Below, in pieces: positions 1 through 13,100 of a stretch of DNA of 64,000 bases. The stretch comes from Ranitomeya imitator. Taxonomy: Eukaryota. Under the pieces are notes generated by a model. The model was not told the DNA's origin. It saw nothing but the letters and a program-made list of their open reading frames with translations, and made no database searches. The position numbers and the translations under genes were made by a program. The DNA lies in assembly GCF_032444005.1 (NCBI RefSeq), contig NC_091284.1:624464001-624528000 (forward strand). Reading direction: 5' to 3'. Position 1 is the stretch's first letter, and the number at the start of each line of letters is the position of its first letter.

Positions 1-1159
1 CATGTGGCTGTGTTTTATTCTGGTAAATATTATCAAAATAACTGGTTATTTTTAAAGTTTGGAGTGCATTCACATTTATGTATTTGAATCTAAGCTTTCC
101 CTTCATATCTGCTCTACTGTACACATACGCTAGGCTACAGGGAATAAAAATGCTAAAATTCTTTCAATCTGTCTTATATTCCTTTACTGCTGTATAGTTC
201 TATTGTAATATTAGTAATTTAATGTCAAATTTTCCTTGGTGACTTCAGTTATGCCTCTAAATCTATCCCTAGGTTGTCTCCAGGAGCATGAAGTATAGAA
301 ATCTAAAATGATTGGTAAAGACAAACAAGTGAATGTGATCTTTCTTGTGACATTTGCGCATTTTATTCTATTTTTGCTCTTAGACATTAACTAAAACTCC
401 TATATTCACAACTGAAATTATATATCCAGACATAAAAACGTAACGTTTTTCTTCTGAGCAATGAGGGAAGGTAACTATAATTTTGAAAACTATGGATGTG
501 TCTTGTTTGTAAGCACATTCATATTCATTATTAGCGATGATTATCAAAAAAATAGTCTGCATGCATAACAAATTATATCAGTAAAATGATAACTTATTAA
601 ATAAATAACTTTTTAGTCAACATTAGAGATAGTCAAATTTATTACAGCAAATTACTCTGATTGAATATTTTTTCTCAGAAAATGTATTTTTAAATTTGCT
701 CCTTCCGAATTCAACAAAATGGCAGGCAGCCAGCAGATGATTTGCAGAACTGTAAAGAGCCATCGGAAGTTAAAAAACAAAAAATAACATAGCTCCTAGG
801 TCCCTATTCTAACCACCCCCACTGATCACTGTGTGTGATCTGCAGCTTTTCTTTCCATCATCACGTGAGTCATCTTCAGTGTCTTCATGCTAGGCTAGGT
901 CTTCCAGCCATGACCTCTTTTGGAGATCACAGCTCTTCATAAGATTAAGATATACATTGTCACATTGCATCATCACCATGTGTGCTGCATTGGCATGACA
1001 CACAGTAACTTCCGAAGCATGGTCCTAGAGCTCAATAATTAACATTTAATAAGTGGATACTAACTATTTGAATTTCTGGAAAAACCTGCACAATTTGGCA
1101 AGTATAAATTTTGTCAGGTCTCCTCAGTTCAAAACATTACTTTTAAAACCCTTTTCAAA

Positions 1160-1692
1160 ACCTTATTCAAATCCCTTACTATGGCATACAAAGCCATCCA
1201 CAACCTTTCTCCTCCATACATCTGTGACATGGTCTCCCGGTACTTACCCACAAGCAAACTTCGATCCTCTCAAGATCTCATTCTATACTCCCTCTTATCT
1301 CTTCTTCCCACAACCTCATGCAAGACTTCTCCTGTGCTTCCCCCATACTCTGGAACTCTCTACCCCAACACATCAGACTCTCGCCTACCACAGAAACCTT
1401 CAAAAGGAACATGAAGCCCCAACTCTTCCAACAAGCCTACACTCTGCAGTGATTCTTAGTCTGCTGAACCACCACACTACCAGTTCTACCCTCTCCTAGT
1501 GTATCATCACCCATCTCCTGTAGACTGTGAGCCCTCGCTGGCAGGGTCCTCCCTCCTTCTGTACTTGTGTGTGCCTTGTATTAAATAGCTCATGTTTATT
1601 GTGCTTGTCTATATTTGCCCCTATTCACATGTAAAGCACCATAGAATAAATGGCGCTATATACATGTATAATAAATAATTATAATGATAATA
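1160..1692 (+). mobile_element. L2 (CR1/L2 clade) LINE, 3' fragment with 3' UTR and (AAT)n tail
   Basis: Translation MAYKAIHNLSPPYICDMVSRYLPTSKLRSSQDL resembles the L2 ORF2 C-terminus. It is followed by a 3' end TGTAAAGCACCATAGAATAAATGGCGCTATAT and an AAT-rich tail. Start is approximate. Confidence 0.75.
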
Positions 1693-2800
1693 ATTTTATT
1701 TATATAGCGCCAACATATTCCGCAGCACTTTACAAATTATAGAGGGGACTTGTACAGACAATAGACATTACAGCATAACAGAAATCACAGTTCAAAATAA
1801 ATATAAAGAGGAATGAGGGCCCTGCTCGCAAGCTTACAAACTGAGGAAAAGGGGAGACACGAGAGGTGGATGGTAACAATTGCTTTAGTTATTCGGACCA
1901 GCCATAGTGTAAGGCTCAGGTGTTCATGTAAAGCTGCATGAACCAGTTCACTGCCTAAGTATGTAGCAGTACAGACACAGAAGCTATTAACTGTATAAAG
2001 TGTATGAGAACATGGTGCAAAGAACTTGATTATGGTTTAAGTTTTTTTCTTTTGAATGGGACACACAGGGATAGTTAGGTTAATGTGTTGAGGCGGTAGG
2101 CCAATCTGAACAAATGAGTTTTTAGGGCATGTGGGGATTGGGGAATCGTATAAACCTTGGTAGGGCATTCCAAAGAATTGGCGCAGCACGTGTAAAATCT
2201 TGGAGATGGGAGTAGGAGGTTCTGATTATTGAGGATGCTAACCTGAGGTCATTAGCAGAGCGGAGGGCACGGGTAGGGTGGTAGACTAAGACCAGAGAGG
2301 AGATGTAGGGTGGTTCTGAGCCATGGAGCGCTTTGTGGATGAGGGTAGTAGTTTTGTACTGGATTCTGGAGTGGATGGGTAGTCAGTGTAATGACTGGCA
2401 CAAGGTTGAAGCATCGGTGTAACTGTTGGTAAAGAATATGATCCTGGCAGCAGCATTCAGGACAGATTGGAGTGGGGAGAGTTTGGTAAGAGGGAGGCCG
2501 ATTAGTGGGGAGTTACAATAGTCCAGATGAGAATGAATAAGTGAAACAGTAAGAGTTTTTGCAGAGTCGAAAGTAAGAAAAGGGCGAATTCTTGAAATGT
2601 TTTTGAGATGCAGATAAGAAGAGCGAGCCAGTAATCGGATGTGGGGGGTGAATGAAAGCTCGGAATCAATTATGACCCCAAGGCAGCGGTCATGTTGCTT
2701 TGAAGTAATGGTGGAACTGCACACGGAGATGGCAATGTCAGGAAAAGGTAGGTTCGTAGAGGGAGAAAACACGAGGAGTTCAGTTTTTGACAGGTTCAGT
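1693..2800 (-). mobile_element. L2 LINE, 5'-truncated copy, tail-to-tail with the upstream L2
   Basis: The minus strand reads LNLSKTELLVFSP...RCLGVIIDSELSFTPHI...IHSHLDYCNS...LQSVLNAAARII (ORF 2383-2772), the L2 post-RT region. The 3' end on the minus strand is TGTAAAGTGCTGCGGAATATGTTGGCGCTATATAAATAAAA. Confidence 0.85.
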
Positions 2801-5800
2801 CAATAATAATAATAAAAATATAACATATTGTTATAAAATTGTACACAGTATATCATTGTATACAGAAGTGCAAAAACACACAACACCTACAATAAACAGG
2901 ACAGGACAGATAAAGGGGCCTTCTGTTCCACCGGACAGCTTCTACATGGACAAATTACTTGATCCCACTGATAACCATGAAGAAAAAAATAATCAATGTG
3001 TCTGAAACTAATGAGAGCAAACAAATAGGCCAGCGACTCTGACTTCACCTTGTTAATGGATACCCAGAGGCAGCAATGTGATTGCCAGAACTTATCTTTG
3101 TGAAGGCCTATAAGACTATATACTTGCACAGACTAGATTAAAACAGTTACTAAAAATCATGTAACTATGATATCCCTGCCAATACCATCTGCATTATTTG
3201 TACTTCTTGCCTAACTTTCAGCCCTCTCAAAGTTAAACATTACTTACAGTTAAATGCAGTGCAGGGCCATTTACATTGTAATGAGTTGATCGTGCTATGC
3301 AAATTGAGTATAAATAAATGGTAAGCCAAATGAATGTTTGTGGTGCGTCTATCATTTATTTTATGATGTTAGGTAGGATCTGCTTTTTTGCTCTCTTTAG
3401 CTGTTCAGCAACAGTGACATTTTGGTCAATTAGCTTTGTCAGGCCCATTGGTGAATATTTCTGATACTCCAATGCCTGTATATTGATATATTTTGGGAAA
3501 TATATTTATTCATATAGTAGTTTCTGAGAAGCAGGCTACATTATCCAGGCTTTTATTGTTTTAACCTTTGAGGTTGTGCATCTTCACTTTTTTTTCTCAT
3601 GATACCAAATGAATGATGATAAATTAGAGTCCATTGCCCCGATTCACAAAGACAGGCCTTTTTCCCTCTGGTTTTGATGATGAGGAGGGTTGGATTCGGG
3701 GCACCCATTTCATTAATAGGCGCACATCTCTTAGTTAATTAGGTGAGGCATGAATTAACATGAGCCTCTGTGTGCGCCTTGCCACAAAACTGACTTATGT
3801 CAGGGACTAGCACAAGATTTGCGTTGCTAGAAATGCTGCTGCTCATCATGAATTTGTCATGTGTCGGTCGTCATGTCCTATCATGCTCCAACTCTACCCA
3901 CTCTCTCCGAGCTGTGTGATTTTGGCATGAAAATGCAAAATGTCACAAACACAGCCGGGTGTTGCTCAAAAATTTTGAAATTATGAAGCTTCACCTGCCA
4001 TTTTGCTTATGTTTGAAAAAGGCCGCTTGCTGGCCGAAATGTTGCTTTTATGATGCATTTTGGATGAATAAAAGAAATGTAATCATATTTCTGATGTCGT
4101 GTAAACATTTTGTCTCTGAATTTGCTGGTAACTTAGTGGGAAGTTTCCCCAAGGAATCACGGAACCTGTGGAGTGGTGCAAAGTGAACTACCATTACGGA
4201 CAATGTAATTTTCTAGCAGCAGCACAGTCAACCACAAACATCCATCTCATTTAGTCCTCAGTATTTTAGGCTGAGCAATTGGTAAGAGGCAAGGTTTCAA
4301 TTACCAAAAAAAACATTCTAACATGCCATTTTATGTATTTATTCAAATAGCAAGGTGGATCCCAAAAGAGTATATCTGGAATTTAGGCTGAACTGATCGC
4401 TCTTTTGTCCCTATAGTAATACAATTTGATAATTGTGATGGGAATCACAAATACAGTTGTGCTCATGAAGCTTTGAGGCCCCTATGCACATTAGATAGCT
4501 ATTGGCTGAACTATTGTTCACCTGACATATCTCTCTGACTGCTCATTCATAAGAACACTGTGCTGAGTGTTTGTGGGTACCTTATGGAATTCACTACCAG
4601 AATCCTCTGGTAACAGCTTATCTCCATGACAAATAAAAGTATTGGCTGCTAAAATTCGTCAGGTCAGATTATTCTCTCACCCAACATCATCTGTTGAAGA
4701 GAATACGAAGACTACCATACTCAATATAGTGACGGCTTTTCCTGCCGATATTGTTGTGCTCGGTGGCCTATTAAATAATGTATATGTGTAAATTTTGAGA
4801 GAATTTCTTAATGAAACTAAAGCCTCATATTGGCATGACATGTAGTTCTGCTAAGTTTTCTTACAAATAATAGGGAATTCTTTGTGTTGCTGGTGAACAC
4901 TTTTGCAAATGTGACAAGAAAAAGCAGAGCAATATTAATGAATAAAAGAAACTGCTGACATCTGTAATACAATATTCAGCTATTTTTGTAACATACAATT
5001 TGATATTTTTTCACCATTTTTTACAGTTTAGATTGAACATCACCCTTTTTGATTCGCTTGTTTATAGTCGGGGTATTGCAATTTAGCGCCATGTTTAACT
5101 CTTTGTGTACAGTTTTCACTACACAACAGAAAAATCATATTCTCCAATGGCACCAGGGATAATATTGTCCAATTGTACAAGACAGATCAAGTTAAGATTT
5201 CATGAGAAAGCACTGTGCTAATTTACAGAGGATCTGTCAGAGCTACTAGCACTGACATGTCTGTTTTAGTTAATACTTACATTTCCCAGTTGCATTCTGT
5301 TTTATAGAATTAATTTGCCATTGACAATCTGCTGTAACCAATTCTTTTGTCATTATAATGCTTGTATATATACGAGACTCATTTACTGCTGATAGTTTCA
5401 GGCTATGTAGGTACTAGGAGCATAGCTACAATAAATGCAGGGTTTGCAATTGCACCCGGGCCCTAGAGCCTAGGGGACCCCAAAAGTCAAATTGGCCTAT
5501 ATAAAACAAGCAAAGGCATTAAAGAATTGCAAAAATTGGGGGCCAAGTTGTATCTTTTGCATTTGAGTTCATGAGCTTCAAGTTAAGCCACTGCTAGGTA
5601 CATATTCTATTGACAAAGAAAATAGAAATTACCAGTAGTCAACTTATTCATACATTTCCAATAGTAACAATAGAAGAATGAGGATATGAACAGTTTCAAC
5701 AAAAATTTCTCTAAAGTTGTTTTTTTATAGGGAGCATTTTTATGTAGAAAAAGAAACATTTCCAGAGAGCTCCAGGTTCTCTTCTACTGGTCCCATGTGC

Positions 5801-6885
5801 AGAACCATAGATGTACTAGGTGAGGATGATGAAGGCACAGAAGTATGCTACAGCTGACACAACAATTATCAGTGACACTGACATCACTTTATGTGACTGT
5901 GGCATTAAAGTAGTGAGAAATAAAGTTAGGGCTTCCTGTATGCTGCTATCAGCATTGCTGCCCAGCCATGGCAAAGGAAGTGCCTAATAGGTGATCTGTC
6001 CATGTTACCCCAACAAACATAAGACAATGCAATGTCGGATCATTGCAGCTCATTATTTGAACAAATCCCATAATATAACTTAAAAAAAATAATAAAAAGC
6101 TAAACAATTCAAAATCCCTTTTTTCTTCTGACATAGCTTTTTATTGGAGAAAATAGAATGGTATTAGAATAATACATCAAGGAAACAACAATTCCTAGTA
6201 ATCAATTTTTTGTTACTTTTCCAAGAGGACTAATAAAGGGGTGCACCATGGCAGGTTGTATCAAAAGTGGAGATCACTATTTACTAAAATGGACAAATCA
6301 GGAGTGGCGAAATGTCATCTTTAAACTGAATCTCACTGAAAATACTGTAAATGCTGCCTGAACCAAGGGCAGCATGAATCAGACTCTGTATGTGTTATTG
6401 AAACCATGTGTGTTTTACTTTGAAACACTGTGGCAGTCTGGATAAAACGTGCTATAAAAAGCAAGCTGGGGATTATGTTTCTTGGATGTCTAGATTTATA
6501 GGTATCTCCAATGTGTGTATAGGGAGAGACCTATCAGCGATAGGGAGGGAGGTGGTAAGAAGCTGCCAAGGATCGGAATACGACTAGTCATCAGTGACAC
6601 ACAGACCTGGATTCACCAAAGTGTTTATACCAGAAATTGAGTGTGAAACATTTCAAAAAGTTGTAAAATGTTTGCACAACACAAAACTACACAAAAATGT
6701 CACTTTTGGCATTTTCACACCAGTTTTAGACAGCTCAAGGTAGAACGAGTACAGAACGTTCGCAGATGGAGCATGGTGACATCTTTCATGATGAGTTGTG
6801 GTGAACTTTACGCTAAAAAACTTACTTTGTTCACTCCAGTAATTTTTCTATGAAGCATGAAGAATATTAAAATGAATGTTTTTAA

Positions 6886-7213
6886 AGGGAACCTGTCACC
6901 TGAATTTGGCTGGACCAGTTTTTGGTCATATGGGCGGAGTTTTCGGGTGTTTGATTCACCCTTTCCTTACCCGCTGGCTGCATGCTGGCCGCAATATTGG
7001 ATTGAAGTTCATTCTATGTCCTCCGTAGTACATGCCTGCGCAAGGCAATCTTGCCTTGCACAGGTGTGTACTACGGAGGACACAGCATGAACTTCAATCC
7101 AATATTGCGGCCAGCATGCATCCAGCGGGTAAGGAAAGGGTGAATCAAACACCCAAAAACTCTGCCCATATGACCAAAAACTGGTCCCGTCAAATTCAGG
7201 TGACAGGTTCCCT
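6886..7213. mobile_element. Kolobok/T2-family MITE, 328-bp near-perfect palindrome
   Basis: TTAA on both sides (6882-6885, 7214-7217). Termini are AGGGAACCTGTCA...TGACAGGTTCCCT, and the arms are complementary almost to the centre (~7050). Confidence 0.85.
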
Positions 7214-8888
7214 TTAAAAGTAGCTATTTGTATACTGACAGTGTAAGCCATGTATCTTTATATGTTTAATCATTAATACTTTAGCAATACTGGAATAGCA
7301 CGTAGAAACAATTATGCCCTTATTATCTAAAATATTTTCATGTTTAACTAAATTCCAACTCACAAGTTAACAGTTGTGTTCATTCCAAATCATGCAGTCA
7401 TAATTGCCAATTAGAATTTAATTTTAAGAAGAGGATACATTAATCAAATATGCACAAAATTTAAGTTTGGCTTTAACATTATGATCAGCTCATTAATTAT
7501 GGGGGGGGGATGAGAAAAAATTTCAGAGTCAGCCAAAAAAAAGTGCGTTTCGTTAGTCTGCTCAGCGTCATTTCAGAATTCAGTTATCAAGGTGATGTGG
7601 GTGATGCTTTGTGGCTTCATTGAATCTGCAGTCATTAAAGTTATTGCAGGACAGACGGGTACAGTTAGAATTTTTCATTTTGCTTGAGCAAGGAAAATGT
7701 CTGGAGAAATGATGCATTTCAGGTACTCTGAAACCTGTCAGCGTTTGAGAGGTTATTAACTTCAGCTGCTTTTCTGCCTTTTAGACTCAGATGCAGATTT
7801 GTCACACATTTCCCAGAGGTTCCTGTGTGCAATTAGCCATTGGATTTACTGAATAATTACTTAATTTATCATAGAAAATGTTCTTACATTTTGTGTATTT
7901 GAAATGCTACAAAAAAGACAGATCAGCAGAAGCATTAAAATAGAATTTACTGAATATACCTGAATCCTTCCCAAAAAATGATAAACCTCCTATGCAGCCA
8001 TCAGCGCTCATTTGCAGAAGCACAGCATGTAGACATAGATGGCTGAAACTAAATGTCACTTACTGACCTTGATATTGTATTTAACTATATACTACTTTAT
8101 ATCTTAAACCGATCTAGTCAATATTCATATGAGTATGATTTATACAGCTTGATGAAACCTATACTGAATTCACTCTACTATACCATGAAGTAATGAAAGG
8201 TCTAGACAAAATTTAAATCCATGCGGTTTTTCTGAATAAATTTGATTTGTAGAAAAGTTATTATTATTTTAAGTTGAACAATTTTTTTTAAATCCTTATA
8301 TCCACTATACTATTGTGCTTTCCGGCTCCTCTTCTACTCAATGCAACCCATCCAGTCCTCACCGCATATTCAGATCCCCGCCACTCATGCTGAAGGGTTC
8401 TGCACAAGGATATAGACAGATATAGTCATGATATGCACCATAACCTTCTATGTGTATGGGCAGGACTCTTCTGGGTCTCATGAATATCTAAAATCCCAAC
8501 TTAGCATGAGAATTAAGCGAACTGCTTAGGTGAAATGGTTACTGGTGTGTAGCAGAATTCAGCTGGGAGATTAGTATAATTTTTTTTAACCATTTAATAG
8601 CCCTTTGTGGTTCAGAAAAATGGTGGCATGAAATCTGCGTGGAAGAGATTTACAAAACGAGTTAGCATCCTGGTTGAATACAGAGTTTTTCAAGTCCACT
8701 TAAATTTTAACACAAATCTCCAATGCCAACATAAAGTTTCATAAACTAAGTGCCCAGAAAATGCCTCCAATAATCATATAACACCCAAATAATGGTGTTG
8801 TTTCATGTCCGCATGCACTTATAGTACACACATACGGTGCCAAAATACTACTACCTCCAGACCAACTCAAGATATAGTGACTATAGAA

Positions 8889-9073
8889 TAGTGTTCCCCA
8901 ACTCCGGTCCTTAAGAGCCACCAACAGGTCATGTTTTGAGGATTTCCTTAGTATTGCACAGGTCATTGAATGCTTGCCTGTCAGGTGATGCAATTATCAC
9001 CTGTGCAATAATAAGGATATCCTGAAAACATGACCTGTTGGTGGCTCTTGAGGACCAGACTTGGGGAATACTG
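8889..9073. mobile_element. hAT (Charlie/Buster-like) MITE, 185 bp
   Basis: 8-bp TSD CTATAGAA (8881-8888, 9074-9081). TIR TAGTGTTCCCCAA / TTGGGGAATACTG; palindromic body. Confidence 0.85.
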
Positions 9074-9294
9074 CTATAGAACTACAACAGCAATAGTCCT
9101 CATACCAAAGCCACACATACTCCCCAGGGGCTTAAATTCTAGTCTATATAGTCATTTAAAATTCTTTGTATTCCCCTATCATGCCCCCAAACAGAAACGT
9201 AAGCAGCATTACCAAGGAATCATTTTTCCATTATATACCACTAGATGGTGGCCCGATTCTAACGCATCGGGTATTCTAGAATATGCATGTCCAC

Positions 9295-10042
9295 TGTTGT
9301 GAATTCTGTGGCTGAGTTCACTTCTGTGGTCACAAGTGGTATTGCAGTCTCTGGGCTTCCTCCCTCAGGTGTTTTGGTGAGCTCGTTGGCTGCCTTGCTA
9401 TTTAGCTCCACCTGAGTCTGTCTTCCTTGCTCCTTGTCAATGTTCCAGTGTTGGATCTGAGCTACTGCATCTTTCCTTGGGCCTGCTGCTCTGCTAGATA
9501 AGTGCTTCTAGTTTGTTTTCTGTTTTTTCTGTCCAGCTTGTTATTATCTTTTGCTGGAAGCTCTGAGAAGCAAAGGGGTGCACCGCCGTGCTGTTAGTTC
9601 GGCACGGTGGGTCTTTTTGCCCCTTTGCGTGGTTTTCGTTTTAGGGTTTTTTGTAGACTGCATAGTTCTCTTTGCTATCCTCGCTCTGTCTAGAATATCG
9701 GGCCTCACTTTGCTGAATCTATTTCGTTCCTACGTTTGTCTTTTCATCTTGCTAACAGTCATTATATGTGGGGGCTGCCTATTCCTTTGGGGTATTTCTC
9801 TGAGGTAAGTCAGGCTTGTATTTCTATCTTCAGGCTAGTCAGCTCCTCAGGCAGTGCCGAGTTGCATAGGTAGTTGATAGGCGCAATCCACTGCTGCTTC
9901 CAGTTGTGTGAGGATAGATCAGGTACTGCAGTCTACAGAGATTCCACGTCTCAGAGCTCGTCCTATTGTTTTGGGTTATTGCCAGATCTCTGTATGTGCG
10001 CTGATTACTGCACGCTGTGTTGCCTGATTGCCAGCCATAACA
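9295..10042 (+). repeat. 5' LTR of family 1 element (748 bp)
   Basis: TGTTGTGAATTC...CCATAACA, repeated at 14235-14982 with one visible substitution (CCTACGTTT vs CCTACATTT). Confidence 0.97.
9399..9437 (+). promoter_or_regulatory. LTR TATA-like box (TATTTA 9399-9404) and predicted transcript 5' end / self-primer GCTCCTTGT (9429-9437)
   Basis: TATTTA lies 30 nt upstream of GCTCCTTGT, which is the reverse complement of ACAAGGAGC at 10045-10053. The TSS is inferred, not mapped. Confidence 0.65.
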
Positions 10043-10044
10043 GT

Positions 10045-10053
10045 ACAAGGAGC
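10045..10053 (+). promoter_or_regulatory. Putative self-priming primer-binding site (non-tRNA PBS)
   Basis: ACAAGGAGC starts 2 nt after the LTR-terminal CA. There is no TGG (tRNA CCA complement). It has 9/9 complementarity to 9429-9437. Confidence 0.65.
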
Positions 10054-10173
10054 CATTCAATGATTTCCAATAGAGGGAAAAAAGAAATCCTGACATCATT
10101 TTTTTTTCTTAGCTCTGTCTTCAGTCTTTTTTTTCCCCTAGACATTAGAGTGCTTCAGGACACAGCTGTGGAC

Positions 10174-13100
10174 ATGGATATTCAGGCTCTGTGCTCCTCA
10201 ATGGATAATCTCGTTGTAAATGTACAAAAGATTCAAGATACTATTGATCAGAAATCGATGCTAGAACCAAGAATTCCGATTCCTGATTTGTTTTTTGGTG
10301 ACAGAACTAAGTTCCTGAGCTTCAGAAATAATTGTAAGCTATTTTTGGCCTTGAAACCTCATTCTTCTGGTAATCCTATTCAACAGGTTTTGATTATTAT
10401 TTCTTTTTTGCGCGGCGACCCACAGGACTGGGCGTTTTCTCTTGCACCAGGAGATTCTGCATTGAGTAATGTTGATGCATTTTTCCAGGCGCTGGGATTG
10501 CTTTACGATGAGCCTAATTCAGTGGATCAAGCTGAGAAAAATCTGCTGGCTTTATGCCAGGGTCAGGATGATGTAGAAGTATATTGTCAGAAATTTAGAA
10601 AATGGTCAGTACTCACTCTGTGGAATGAATCTGCACTAGCGGCTTTGTTCAGAAAGGGTCTCTCTGAAGCTCTTAAGGATGTAATGGTGGGATTTCCTAT
10701 GCCTGCTGGTTTGAATGAGTCTATGTCCTTGGCCATTCAGATCGGTCGTCGCTTGCGCGAGCGTAAATCTGTGCACCATCTGGCGGTATTGTCTGAGAGT
10801 AAGCCTGAGCCTATGCAGTGCGACAGGACTATGACTAAAGTAGAACGGCACGAACACAGACGTCTGAACAGACTGTGTTTCTATTGTGGTGATTCTACTC
10901 ATGCTATTTCTAATTGTCCTAAACGCACTAGGCGGTTCGATAGCTCTGCCGTTATTGGTACTGTACAGTCCAAATTCCTTTTGTCCATTACCTTAATGTG
11001 CTCTTTGTCATCATATTCTGTCATGGCGTTTGTGGATTCAGGCGCTGCCCTGAATCTGATGGATTTGGATTATGCTAAACGTTGTGGATTTTTCTTGGAG
11101 CCTTTGCGGTGTCCTATTCCGTTGAGAGGAATTGATGCTACACCTCTGGCCAAGAATAAGCCTCAGTACTGGGCCCAGCTGACCATGTGCATGGCTCCTG
11201 CACATCAGGAGGTTATTCGCTTTTTGGTGCTGCATGGTTTGCATGATGTGGTCGTGTTGGGGTTGCCATGGCTACAAACCCATAATCCAGTATTGGATTG
11301 GAACTCTATGTCGGTGACCAGCTGGGGTTGTCAGGGAGTACATGGTGATGTTCCATTTTTGTCTATTTCGTCATCCATTCCTTCTGACATCCCAGAGTTC
11401 TTGTCGGACTTTCAGGATGTATTTGAAGAGTCCAAGTCTGATGCCCTTCCTCCGCATAGGAATTGTGATTGTGCTATCGATTTGATTCCTGGTAGTAAAT
11501 TCCCTAAGGGTCGTTTATTTAATTTGTCCGTACCTGAACACACCGCTATGCGCAGTTATGTGAAGGAGTCCCTGGAGAAGGGACATATTCGCCCATCGTC
11601 GTCACCATTGGGAGCAGGGTTCTTTTTTGTAGCCAAGAAGGATGGTTCGCTAAGACCGTGTATTGATTACCGCCTTCTTAATAAGATCACTGTTAAGTTT
11701 CAGTATCCCTTGCCATTGATTTCTGACTTGTTTGCTCGGATTAAGGGGGCTAGTTGGTTTACTAAGATTGATCTTCGTGGTGCGTATAATCTGGTGAGAA
11801 TCAGGCAGGGAGATGAATGGAAAACGGCATTTAATACGCCCGAGGGTCATTTTGAGTATCTGGTGATGCCGTTCGGACTTGCCAATGCTCCATCTGTTTT
11901 TCAGTCTTTTATGCATGACATTTTCCGTGAGTATCTGGATAAATTCTTGATTGTTTACTTGGATGACATTTTGATCTTCTCAGATGATTGGGAGTCTCAT
12001 GTGAAGCAAGTCAGAATGGTTTTCCAGGTACTGCGTGCTAATTCCTTGTTCGTGAAGGGATCAAAGTGTCTCTTCGGTGTGCAGAAAGTTTCATTTTTGG
12101 GGTTCATCTTTTCCCCTTCTACTATCGAGATGGATCCGGTTAAGGTTCAGGCCATCCAGGATTGGACTCAGCTGACATCTCTAAAAAGTTTGCAGAAATT
12201 CCTGGGCTTTGCTAATTTTTATCGTCGCTTCATCTGTAATTTTTCTAGCATTGCCAGACCATTGACCGATTTGACCAAGAAGGGTGCTGATTTGGTTAAT
12301 TGGTCTTCTGCTGCCGTGGAAGCTTTTCAGGAGTTGAAGCGTCGTTTTTGCTGTGCCCCTGTGTTGTGTCAACCTGATGTTTCTCTTCCGTTCCAGGTCG
12401 AGGTTGATGCTTCTGAGATTGGTGCAGGGGCGGTTTTGTCACAGAGAGGTTCTGGTTGCTCAGTGTTCAAACCATGTGCTTTCTTTTCCAGGAAATTTTC
12501 TGCTGCTGAGCGTAATTATGATGTGGGCAACCGAGAGTTGCTGGCCATGAAGTGGGCATTTGAGGAGTGGCGTCATTGGCTTGAGGGTGCTAAGCATCGC
12601 GTGGTGGTTTTGACTGATCATAAGAACCTTACTTATCTTGAGTCTGCCAAGCGCTTGAATCCTAGACAGGCCCGTTGGTCGTTATTTTTTGCTCGTTTTG
12701 ATTTTGTGATTTCATACCTTCCGGGCTCTAAAAATGTGAAGGCGGATGCTCTGTCTAGGAGTTTTGTGCCCGACTCTCCGGGGTTATCTGAGCCGGCGAG
12801 TATCCTCAAGGAAGGAGTCATTGTGTCTGCCATCTCCCCTGATTTGCGGAGAGTGTTGCAGAAATTTCAGGCTAATAAACCTGATCGTTGTCCGGCCGAG
12901 AAACTGTTCGTCCCTGATAGGTGGACTAGTAAAGTTATCTCTGAACTTCATTGTTCGGTGCTGGCCGGTCATCCAGGAATCTTTGGTACCAGGGAGTTGG
13001 TTGCTAGATCCTTCTGGTGGCCATCTCTGTCACGGGATGTGCGTGCTTTTGTGCAGTCCTGTGGAATTTGTGCTAGGGCTAAGCCCTGCTGTTCACGTGC

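Noticed and set aside
9551-9808. Hydrophobic 85-aa ORF in family 1 LTR as a possible env or accessory gene
   Set aside because: It starts at TTG in T-rich sequence, and the frame is not preserved in the diverged solo LTR (38987-39757).
9874-10173. N-terminal 100 codons of the predicted 1493-aa ORF
   Set aside because: They lie in U5, the PBS and a T-rich leader. Gag-like sequence begins near ATG 10174. An upstream ATG at 10060 cannot be excluded.
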